A stretch of 21,144 nucleotides of DNA from an uncultured Polyangiaceae bacterium (GTDB taxonomy: Bacteria; Myxococcota_A; Polyangia; Polyangiales; Polyangiaceae): contig CAYMUE010000015.1 in NCBI GenBank assembly GCA_964393505.1, positions 15,686 to 36,829 of the forward strand. The letters are read 5' to 3'. A program made the position numbers and the translations under genes. The first letter of the stretch is position 1. Each line of letters begins with the position of its first letter. A model generated the notes under the pieces. The model was not told the DNA's origin. It was given only the letters and a program-made list of their open reading frames with translations, and searched no databases. Positions 1 through 7,266 of this stretch are shown here, one piece after another.

Positions 1-2835
1 GCCGCCGGCGAGCCGCAGGACGGCACACTCGCATCGTGGTTCCTCGAGATCGGTCCGGGCACCACCTTGAGCAGGCTCGCGAGACGCATCCTCGGCCGCG
101 GCGACCTCCGCCCCGTGGTCTCCTTGTGCCGCAATCCGTCGGACCGCGACGACGGCGCCGACGTGGCAAGAGCGCTGCACGCCCTCGGCACCGGCTGGGT
201 GTGCGGGGCCTCCGTCGATTGGTCCCGATTCCAACCCTCGACGCCCGGCACATTCGCCCGAATCCCGTCCGTTCCATTCCGCAGGAAGCACCTGCGAATC
301 GACGAGCCCGCGGCACTGGAGGCGCGCGGGAGCCAGGGGCCCGTCGTCGAGCGGCCGGAGACGACCGGCCAGAGCTCACCCGAGGTTGTGATCGAGGAGC
401 TAGCGCTCTCCAGCGAATCGGTGGCCACGCCGCCGACGCGCCGGGTGGAAGCAGGACGCCTGCCCCTGACGCCAGCCCAAGCGGGATTCGTGTTCCTCGA
501 GGAGTCGCAGCGACGGGAGGCTCCGATCTGGTTCGCCGACGTCCCGGTGCACGGAGAGGTGGATCCGGAGCGGTTCCGGAGCGCGCTCGCGGAGGTGATC
601 CGACGGCACCCGACGCTTCGTGCGGTGTTCCGCCGAGAGGGGACGCAGTGGGTTCAGCAGGTGCTCCCCGCCTGCGATCCGCCGCTGTTCGTCCATGACA
701 CCGCGTTCGACGAGGACGAGATCAGGGAGGTGTGGGCCGACGTCCGGGCCACCCGATTCGAGCTCTCGCGACTGCCGTTGTTCCGTGTCGTGCTGGTGCG
801 GTCGGCACCGGACACGTGGCGGCTGATGCTCGCGGTGCACCACATCATCGGCGACGCCTGGAGCCTGCACGTCGTGATCGAAGACCTGGCGAGCGCCCTC
901 ACCGGCGAAGAGCTCCCGGCCCTCGATGCGTCGTGGTCCGAAGTGGTCGCGTGGCACGCGCGAACCGACCCTCATCGACAGGCATCGAAGGACTACTGGA
1001 GGGGCTTCTTCTCGAGAGCCCCGAGTCCTGTGCGGTGGGCCCCTACGCAGGGCGCAGGGCTGGAAGGGACACTGGTTCGCACGGTGGATCGGGCGACTAC
1101 CGCGCGGCTTCGGGAGATCGCACGCGGGCGTGCAACGACCCTGCATGCGTGCGTGTTGACCGTGTGGTTCGAGAGCCTGCGGAGCGAGCTGGGCGAGGAC
1201 GACCTGACGACGGGGACGGCGAGCGGAGGGCGGGAGATTCCGGTCCCCGACGTGGAGCGGATGGTCGGGTGTCTGGCGACGACGATCCCGGTGCGAGCGA
1301 AGGTATCGGGGGACTTCGACACAGACCTGCGCGAGGTGTCGAAGGCGTGGGAGCAGGCGTGGGAGCACGGGGACGTGCCGGTCTACGAATCGTGGCTCGC
1401 GGCCGGAGAGCCCCAGGATTCGCTGGCGCCCGGACTCGACCTGTACTTCTCGTTCATGGAGTCCGGGAGCCTGGCCGCGCGGAGGGACGCCCCGCTTCGC
1501 TTCGACCTGTCGTCGGCGAAGCTGCACTTCTCCGCAGATTCCGCCGGACACCGCGCGATGCTGACGGTCCTGGCCGGCGAGACGATCCGGCTGCAGCTCC
1601 GGGGCGATGCACCAGCCGAACGGCTGCGCGCCCTGGCGGAGAGGATGGCCCGTGGACTCCAGCAGCTCGCTTCGAGGAGTCGCGCCAGCACGGCGACGTT
1701 GAGTGTCAAGGACGACGCGGCCATCGTGGCCTACCTCCCCTCGCTCGCCGCCCTGACGGGAGCACCGGATTCCGGGGCCGACGCGGAGAGCCTGCGCAGA
1801 AGCGTGCTGCCGCGTCTGTTCCCCCACGGAGAGCCTCAATGGATGGAGTCCACGCAGACTCCGTTGGGACGCACCGCGGCGGTGTTCCTCCCGCTGTTCT
1901 CCGACGAGCTCGCACAGACGCCTGCGGAGACGCTTGCCGACAGCGTGGCCAGCGCGGTCCGCGTTGCCCGCGCGCGCGGCGCCCGCTCGGTGTCCCTCGC
2001 CGGCATGCTGCCGTCCCTCACCTCCTACGGCCATGCCGTGCGCAGGCTCCTCGATCCCGATTCCGCCGCATCCCTCACCAGCGGACACGCGGCAACCACC
2101 GCCGCCGTCGTCGCCACGATTCGACGCGCCCTCGTAGCGCTCCAACGCACCTGGGCCGATCAACGCGTGGCCATCGTCGGATTCGGATCCATGGGACAGG
2201 GGATCGCCGGGCTGATGCTTGCGGTGCTCGGACGACCGAGGGGGATCGTTGTGTGCGATCGGCGCGAGGCCCTTCCGCTCGTTGCGGAAGCGGTGCATGC
2301 GTTGGAGCGCGCGGGGCAGGTGCCGGTGACGATGGTGGGAGCGAGTCGCAACGGGCTGCCGGATGCGGTGTACGACTGCGAGGTCGTGGTCGGTGCGACC
2401 AGTCGCGGCGGCATCCTGGACGTGCGACGCCTCGCGGACGGCGCGATGCTTGCCGACGATTCATTCCCACCCATCTACGATCGGGCGCACGTGCCGGGGG
2501 AGGTGTTCGATTCGAAGCGGGTGCTCGTGGTGGGGGCGGGGCGGCTGTCGCTGTCGTCGGACGGGGTAGAGCGACGAGCGCTCGAGTTGCCCGGGGCCAT
2601 CGAGGCGGCGGCCCTGTCGCTTGCGCAGGAGACGGGCGCGGCAGGCATGCTGGGGTGTCGAGTGGAGTCGCTGCTCGTCGCGGGTCACGGGCTGAGAGCG
2701 TTGTCGGGGTTGGTGGACGCGGAGCATGCTCAGGAGGCGTGGGATTTGTTGGCGAAGCTCGGGGTGGACGCGGCGCCGCTCCACGTGGGAGCTCGCACGA
2801 TTCCAGACGAGGTCCTCGAAGCGCTGCGACGGTGA
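1..2835 (+). CDS. 3'-terminal part of a hybrid PKS/NRPS megasynthase (5'-partial). Acyltransferase-domain tail, then NRPS condensation domain, then a C-terminal Rossmann NAD(P)-binding domain. No carrier-protein domain is visible.
   Basis: Frame 1 is open from nt 1 with no stop, so the gene starts upstream of the window; the ORF track starts it at TTG 67. The N-terminal residues ...WFLEIGPGTTLSRLARR...ALHALGTGWVCGASVDWSRF match the conserved end of PKS acyltransferase domains (F[VL]E[VL]GP...VDWxxxF). Residues ~130-545 are a condensation domain, with the His motif HHIIGDAWS at nt ~846-872 and a typical C-domain start LPLTPAQAGFVFLEE. No GGHSL-type carrier motif lies between the AT tail and the C domain. 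The C-terminus carries a glycine-rich dinucleotide-binding loop VAIVGFGSMGQGIAG at nt ~2170-2215 and a second GxG stretch VLVVGAGRL. The stop is at 2833-2835. GC3 is high throughout. The overlapping ORFs 36..698, 400..2298(-) and 732..3104 are out-of-frame artefacts. Confidence 0.75.
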   Translation, partial: AAGEPQDGTLASWFLEIGPGTTLSRLARRILGRGDLRPVVSLCRNPSDRDDGADVARALHALGTGWVCGASVDWSRFQPSTPGTFARIPSVPFRRKHLRIDEPAALEARGSQGPVVERPETTGQSSPEVVIEELALSSESVATPPTRRVEAGRLPLTPAQAGFVFLEESQRREAPIWFADVPVHGEVDPERFRSALAEVIRRHPTLRAVFRREGTQWVQQVLPACDPPLFVHDTAFDEDEIREVWADVRATRFELSRLPLFRVVLVRSAPDTWRLMLAVHHIIGDAWSLHVVIEDLASALTGEELPALDASWSEVVAWHARTDPHRQASKDYWRGFFSRAPSPVRWAPTQGAGLEGTLVRTVDRATTARLREIARGRATTLHACVLTVWFESLRSELGEDDLTTGTASGGREIPVPDVERMVGCLATTIPVRAKVSGDFDTDLREVSKAWEQAWEHGDVPVYESWLAAGEPQDSLAPGLDLYFSFMESGSLAARRDAPLRFDLSSAKLHFSADSAGHRAMLTVLAGETIRLQLRGDAPAERLRALAERMARGLQQLASRSRASTATLSVKDDAAIVAYLPSLAALTGAPDSGADAESLRRSVLPRLFPHGEPQWMESTQTPLGRTAAVFLPLFSDELAQTPAETLADSVASAVRVARARGARSVSLAGMLPSLTSYGHAVRRLLDPDSAASLTSGHAATTAAVVATIRRALVALQRTWADQRVAIVGFGSMGQGIAGLMLAVLGRPRGIVVCDRREALPLVAEAVHALERAGQVPVTMVGASRNGLPDAVYDCEVVVGATSRGGILDVRRLADGAMLADDSFPPIYDRAHVPGEVFDSKRVLVVGAGRLSLSSDGVERRALELPGAIEAAALSLAQETGAAGMLGCRVESLLVAGHGLRALSGLVDAEHAQEAWDLLAKLGVDAAPLHVGARTIPDEVLEALRR

Positions 2836-2844
2836 CACGATGGG

Positions 2845-3822
2845 TCAGTGGCGCGGGCGGCGCATGGACAAGGGGGGAGTCTCCGGGGGGCGCAACACGC
2901 GCGGCCTGTCGTCGGAATCCCGATCGCTGCGCGCTCCTTCATCAGCCGATGCTGAATGGGCTGCCACCAGGGCGGTACGCATGGCGCGCGCGTTGGCCCA
3001 ACGCTCCCCCGCGTCGAATCGAAGCGCGTAGTCCACAAGCATCGCGATGGACTCCGGCACGTGGGGCGCCACCGTGCGCAGGGGCGGGGCGGGACGACTG
3101 GTGACGGCGCGAATCTGATCGCGCATCAGTACCTCGTCGTGGACCGTCCTGCCGGACAGCAGCGTGAACATCGTCGCCCCGACAGCCCACAGATCAGTCT
3201 GGACTCCAACCTTGTCGATCTCCCCGCGGGCCTGCTCGGGGGGCATGAAGTCGATGGTTCCCAGCAGCGTGCCCACCTTGGTGCCCTGGGAGGAGTTGGA
3301 GGTGTCCCCGGCCCTCGCCACGCCGAAGTCGAGCAGCTTGATGCGTCGCTCCGTGGTGACGAAGATGTTCTCCGGCTTGATGTCGCGATGGACAATGCCG
3401 CGCTTGTGGGCAACGGTCAGGATGTCGAGCACCTCGTCGGCGGCCCACATCACCTCCGTGAGCGGCAACATTCCCCCCTTGCGCACCGCCCGCGAGTGCA
3501 GCGTCTCCCCGTCCAGGAACTCCATCACCAGAAACGGAGTGCGCCCGTCGATCGCGCCGTCGTCCAGCACGTGCACCACGCCCGAGTGCTGGATGCCGTT
3601 CGCGATCTTGGCTTCGCGCACGAAGCGGCTGCGCGCCGAGGTCGACACCAGGCTCTGGTGCAGCACCTTGACCGCAACCGGCAACCCGTGACCGGAGGAT
3701 GCGCGGTACACCCACGCGGCACCACCCACGTCGATGACGTCGAGGATCGTCCAGCGGTTGTTCAGCGTGAGCCCTATGCGCTTGCGTGCGTACGCTTCGG
3801 GATCCGCATACGGGCTGGGCAT
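2845..3822 (-). CDS. Ser/Thr protein kinase (Hanks-type), kinase domain only
   Basis: 325-aa ORF carrying VAVK (subdomain II Lys), HRDIKPENIF (catalytic loop), DFG, PPE (APE-like) and a degenerate G-loop VGGAAWVY. The ATG at 3820-3822 is preceded by GGAGA about 7 nt upstream on the minus strand. The short C-terminal tail carries no extra domain. The stop is about 10 nt from the megasynthase stop (convergent). Confidence 0.85.
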   Translation of the reverse strand: MPSPYADPEAYARKRIGLTLNNRWTILDVIDVGGAAWVYRASSGHGLPVAVKVLHQSLVSTSARSRFVREAKIANGIQHSGVVHVLDDGAIDGRTPFLVMEFLDGETLHSRAVRKGGMLPLTEVMWAADEVLDILTVAHKRGIVHRDIKPENIFVTTERRIKLLDFGVARAGDTSNSSQGTKVGTLLGTIDFMPPEQARGEIDKVGVQTDLWAVGATMFTLLSGRTVHDEVLMRDQIRAVTSRPAPPLRTVAPHVPESIAMLVDYALRFDAGERWANARAMRTALVAAHSASADEGARSDRDSDDRPRVLRPPETPPLSMRRPRH

Positions 3823-3961
3823 GGGAGCGTCTCCATCGTGGGCACACTGCCTCAGCCTCGGCGGCGCTGCAACGGGATGTCCTGCTGTTTACGGGCGAAC
3901 CGATGCGCTCTTGCGGAGGTCAGGGCGGGGACGCGGAGGATGCGGAGAGGGAGAGGCGAGA

Positions 3962-5854
3962 TCAGATCTCGATCTGCATGCCGAGCTCCACGACACGATT
4001 GGCCGGGATGCCGAAGAAGCTCGTGACGGAGAAGGCGTTGCGGGACAGGAAGGCGAAGAGGCTCGTGCGCCAGCCCCACATGCCAGCTCGACCGGTTCGA
4101 ACCAGGGATTCGCGGGAGGTGTAGTAGCTCACCTCCTGGCCGATCGGCACGCCCTGGCGGGCGCAGATCCTCAGCACGTCGGGCACGTTGGGGCGCTGCA
4201 TGAAGCCGTAGTTCGCGGTGACCTGATAGAAGCCGCGGCCGTGGTCCTGGATCTCGACGCGCTCGTCGATGGGGACCTCGGGCACGCGCCGGGTGGTGAT
4301 GCTGAGCACGACGACCTGCTCGTGCAGGATCTTGTAGTGCTTGAAGCTGTGGAGCATCGCGGGGGGTGCGATGTTGGGGTTGAGGGACATGAACACGGCG
4401 GTGCCGGGGACACGGCCCGGCTTGACCCCATCGATGTCCGACAGGAAGGACTGCAGCGGCATGGTCCCTTCCATCACGTACTGACGCAGCGCGCTCCTGC
4501 CTCGGTGCCAGGTGGTCATGATGGTGAACAGCAGCGCGCCCACCAGGATCGACAGCCAGCCGCCCTGCGGAATCTTCGCGATGTTCGCGCCGAAAAACGC
4601 CAGATCGAAGGACAGGAACAGCCCGCACAAAACCCCCGCCCGCAGCGTGCCCCAACGCTCCCGCATCGCCGCGAACAGCAGCACCGACGTGATCGCCATC
4701 GTCCCCGTCACCGAGATGCCGTAGGCCGCTGCCAGGTTCGATGACCGTTGGAACCCAAGTACGATCGCGACGCTCCCCACCATCATCAGCGATCGCACTT
4801 CCGGGATGTAGATCTGCCCCTCCTGCTGGCTCGAGGTGTGGACCACGTCGAATCGCGGCAGGTAGCCGAGCTGGACGGCCTGGCTCGTGAGCGAGAAGGC
4901 CCCGGAGATCAACGCCTGCGACGCGATGATCGTCGCGATCGTGGCGACGATGACCATCGGGTAGAGCATCACCGACGGGACGAGCGCGTAGAAGGGGTTG
5001 GCAGTGGCAGACTCGCCGTGGCGCAAGAGCAGGGCGCCCTGGCCGAAGTAGTTGAGCAGCAGCGACGGGTAGACCAGGGCGTACCAGGCCAGACGAATCG
5101 GCCCGACACCGAAGTGCCCCATGTCGGCGTACAGCGCCTCGCCGCCGGTGATGCACAGCACCACCGCGCCGAGCACCAGATAGCCGTGCAGCCCGTGCTC
5201 CGCGAAGAACCTCACCGCATGGATCGGGTTGAACGCTGCGAGGATCCCCGGCTCACGCACGATCCACGGCAACCCCGCCGCGGCGATGCTCAGGAACCAC
5301 ACCACCATCGCAGGACCAAACACCCGACCGATCCCCCCCGTCCCACGCTTCTGCACCATGAACAGCGCGATCAGGATCCCCACCGTGATCGGCACCACGA
5401 ACCGGTGCAGCACCGGCGCCGCCACCTCGAGCCCTTCCACCGCGCTCAACACCGAAATCGCCGGCGTGATGATGCTCTCCCCGTACAACAGCGAGGCCCC
5501 GAACAGCCCCAGCATCACCAGCGCCGTCATCGCTCCCTTGCCCTGCAGACGTGCGTTGTTCCTCAACACCAGCGCCAGCAACGCAAACGTCCCACCCTCC
5601 CCCTGGTGGTGCGCCGTCATCACGAACGTCAAATACTTGAACACCACCACGATCGTCAGCGCCCAGACCAGGATCGACATCACCCCGATCACGTTCGCCG
5701 GCGTCGGCGGCACCGAGTGCAGCCCGCCGAAGCACTCCTTCACCGAGTACAGCGGCGAGGTGCCGATGTCCCCGTAGACGATCCCGACGGCGGCGAGGGC
5801 CATCCATGCGAGCCGGGACGGCGTTGGCTTCAAGGGGGTCTCGGGTGTGCTCAT
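3962..5854 (-). CDS. kup: Kup/HAK/KT-family potassium uptake transporter
   Basis: GIVYGDIGTSPLY signature near the N-terminus, a polytopic hydrophobic body, and a C-terminus ...PANRVVELGMQIEI resembling the E. coli Kup tail. The ORF track starts at GTG 5890. An internal ATG at 5852-5854 (MSTPETPL...) gives an N-terminus of length typical for Kup, so the start is 5854 or 5890. Confidence 0.85.
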   Translation of the reverse strand: MSTPETPLKPTPSRLAWMALAAVGIVYGDIGTSPLYSVKECFGGLHSVPPTPANVIGVMSILVWALTIVVVFKYLTFVMTAHHQGEGGTFALLALVLRNNARLQGKGAMTALVMLGLFGASLLYGESIITPAISVLSAVEGLEVAAPVLHRFVVPITVGILIALFMVQKRGTGGIGRVFGPAMVVWFLSIAAAGLPWIVREPGILAAFNPIHAVRFFAEHGLHGYLVLGAVVLCITGGEALYADMGHFGVGPIRLAWYALVYPSLLLNYFGQGALLLRHGESATANPFYALVPSVMLYPMVIVATIATIIASQALISGAFSLTSQAVQLGYLPRFDVVHTSSQQEGQIYIPEVRSLMMVGSVAIVLGFQRSSNLAAAYGISVTGTMAITSVLLFAAMRERWGTLRAGVLCGLFLSFDLAFFGANIAKIPQGGWLSILVGALLFTIMTTWHRGRSALRQYVMEGTMPLQSFLSDIDGVKPGRVPGTAVFMSLNPNIAPPAMLHSFKHYKILHEQVVVLSITTRRVPEVPIDERVEIQDHGRGFYQVTANYGFMQRPNVPDVLRICARQGVPIGQEVSYYTSRESLVRTGRAGMWGWRTSLFAFLSRNAFSVTSFFGIPANRVVELGMQIEI

Positions 5855-6276
5855 CGAATCGCCCGTCTCTAGTCCCGCATCGTCCGGCACGCAAAGGGAT
5901 CAGCTCCGCCCCGCGTCCTGGTGCGCCCCTTGCTTGGGCAGCCGCCCGGCGCGCCCTGCTGATCTCGTCGGATCCCTGCGCACCCGGAGCTGCCCATGCC
6001 CACCAAGCTCGCTCGTACCCGATCCAGAACTTCCGTCGTGTCCCGCACCACCAACCGCCGATTGCCTGCTGATCCCGATGCTCCCACGCCCCCCCGACGT
6101 CGCCGCTCATCGAACCGCCCGGCCGACGCCTCCCCCGCACCGCTTCCCACCGGCACGCCCCTCTCCTTGCTCGATCTGCTCGCCTTCTGGCTTTGATCGT
6201 CGCCCTCCCGACACGCTTGTAGAGGATCCCGACAGGGCCGCGCCATTCTGCCGCGTTCTGGTATGCTCCGGCGCCC

Positions 6277-7080
6277 ATGGGCCCGTACCGCGGCGAACGG
6301 GTACCCCTCGCGCCCAAGGCCGCCCCGGCGGGACCGGTCGCCGAGATCGTACGGCAGTCCGCCGCCCCCACGCCTTCGTGCGCGAGCTCGTCCAGAACGC
6401 GATCGACGCGGGCGCCACCCGCGTCGAGCTCGCGCCCGGCGACCATGCCACGTTCAGCGTGACCGACCACGGATGCGGAATGGATCGCTCCACGATCGAT
6501 GGGGCGCTGCTCACGCTCTTCCGATCGTCGAAGGAAGGTGTCGCGGGCGCAATCGGACGCCATGGCGTCGGCTTCGTTTCCGTGTTCGCGCCGGATCCCG
6601 CGTGCGTCCTGGTGCACACGTGGCGCGACGGAGCGGCGTGGCTCGTGCGACTGCAGCCCGATCGCAGCTACGAGCTCGAGACCGAACACCAAGGCAGGGG
6701 TCCGGCCCCATCTGCATCCTGTCGCCCACGCCGTCGGTTCACGCGGCGGTGCCCGAGTACGCTGCGCTCTGGGCGTTCCACGACCGTTGCGACCGGAAGA
6801 GCGCTCCCGCCCAGGCGTGGCGCGAGCTCGCCGTAACGGGCACGGAGACTCTGCAGGCGCTCCAATCGATGCTGCAGGCGTGTTCCGACAGGCTCGACAA
6901 GGCGGACTCCGATGCGTGGCAGTGCGGTCTGGCCCTGCTCGAGATCCCTTCGGCGCGGGTCGAGGCGCGCGGCCCACCGACTCGGCCCTGGTGCCGCTCA
7001 CCTGCGCTGCGCTCGCCGAGCTCAACCACGTGCTCGTCTCCGTCACTGACTCGGAGAGCGAAGAGGCCTCGAAGCGATGA
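6277..7080 (+). pseudogene. GHKL-superfamily (HSP90/MutL-like Bergerat fold) ATPase gene disrupted by about 3 reading-frame changes
   Basis: Bergerat N-box ...FVRELVQNAIDAGATRVEL..., then DHGCGMD (G1 box) and GRHGVGFVSVF (HSP90-like G2 box), all in frame 0 over ~6363-6690. A high-GC3 coding signal precedes this in frame 1 from ATG 6277 (MGPYRGERVPLAPKAAPAGPVAEIVRQ...), switching frame at a C5 run near 6361-6369. The coding signal then jumps to frame 2 at ~6690 (GGGG/CCCC runs; ...AAVPEYAALWAFHDRCDRKSAPAQAWRELAVTGTETLQALQSMLQACSDRLDKADSDAWQCGLALLEIPS...). It jumps again to frame 1 at ~6960 (...PTDSALVPLTCAALAELNHVLVSVTDSESEEASKR, stop 7078-7080). I scored frames by third-position G/C by eye. 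Each frame's continuation past the switch point is low-GC3 junk. Confidence 0.5.
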
Positions 7081-7266
7081 TGAGGAGGGCCTCCTCAGGC
7101 GGATCGCGAGAGCCTCACACGTGACGGCGCACACCGCACCGACCAGGAGCCCTCCCCGCAGAATGTCCCGCCCGATTCGGGCCTCCCGCACCTCGATCTG
7201 GTAGGATCGACTCAAGCTCTTTTTCCCACGGCGCCAACACGGCTGCCATCGCTCTTCGAGTCGACC

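Noticed and set aside
400-3104. Long alternative-frame ORFs overlapping the megasynthase gene (400..2298 -, 732..3104 +, 36..698 +)
   Set aside because: Arg/Pro/Gly/Ala-rich translations with no motifs, which is typical high-GC stop-codon-poor antisense or off-frame artefacts. The real frame is the one with high GC3 and a condensation-domain signature.
3925-3960. Purine-rich GGAGGATGCGGAGAGGGAGAGGCGAG stretch (polypyrimidine on the coding strand) right after the kup stop
   Set aside because: Could be a regulatory or structural element but shows no dyad symmetry or repeat. Left as compositional oddity.
4081-4140. tRNA-like GGTTCGAACC (T-loop-like) motif
   Set aside because: It lies inside the Kup coding sequence, with no acceptor/anticodon stem arrangement around it. 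This is a coincidental match.
5891-6276. Sigma-70 or sigma-54 promoter calls in the kup / ATPase divergent spacer (e.g. TTGTAG ... TATGCT; CTGGTATGCT)
   Set aside because: Spacing (about 39 or 10 nt) does not fit -35/-10 rules. No TGGCAC-N5-TTGC sigma-54 core was found. I did not want to over-call promoters in a high-GC genome.
7081-7097. 17-nt perfect palindrome TGAGGAGGGCCTCCTCA immediately after the ATPase pseudogene stop, as a terminator
   Set aside because: The stem would close on a 1-3-nt loop, there is no U-tract, and it overlaps a GGAGG that may simply be an SD-like element. Too weak to call.
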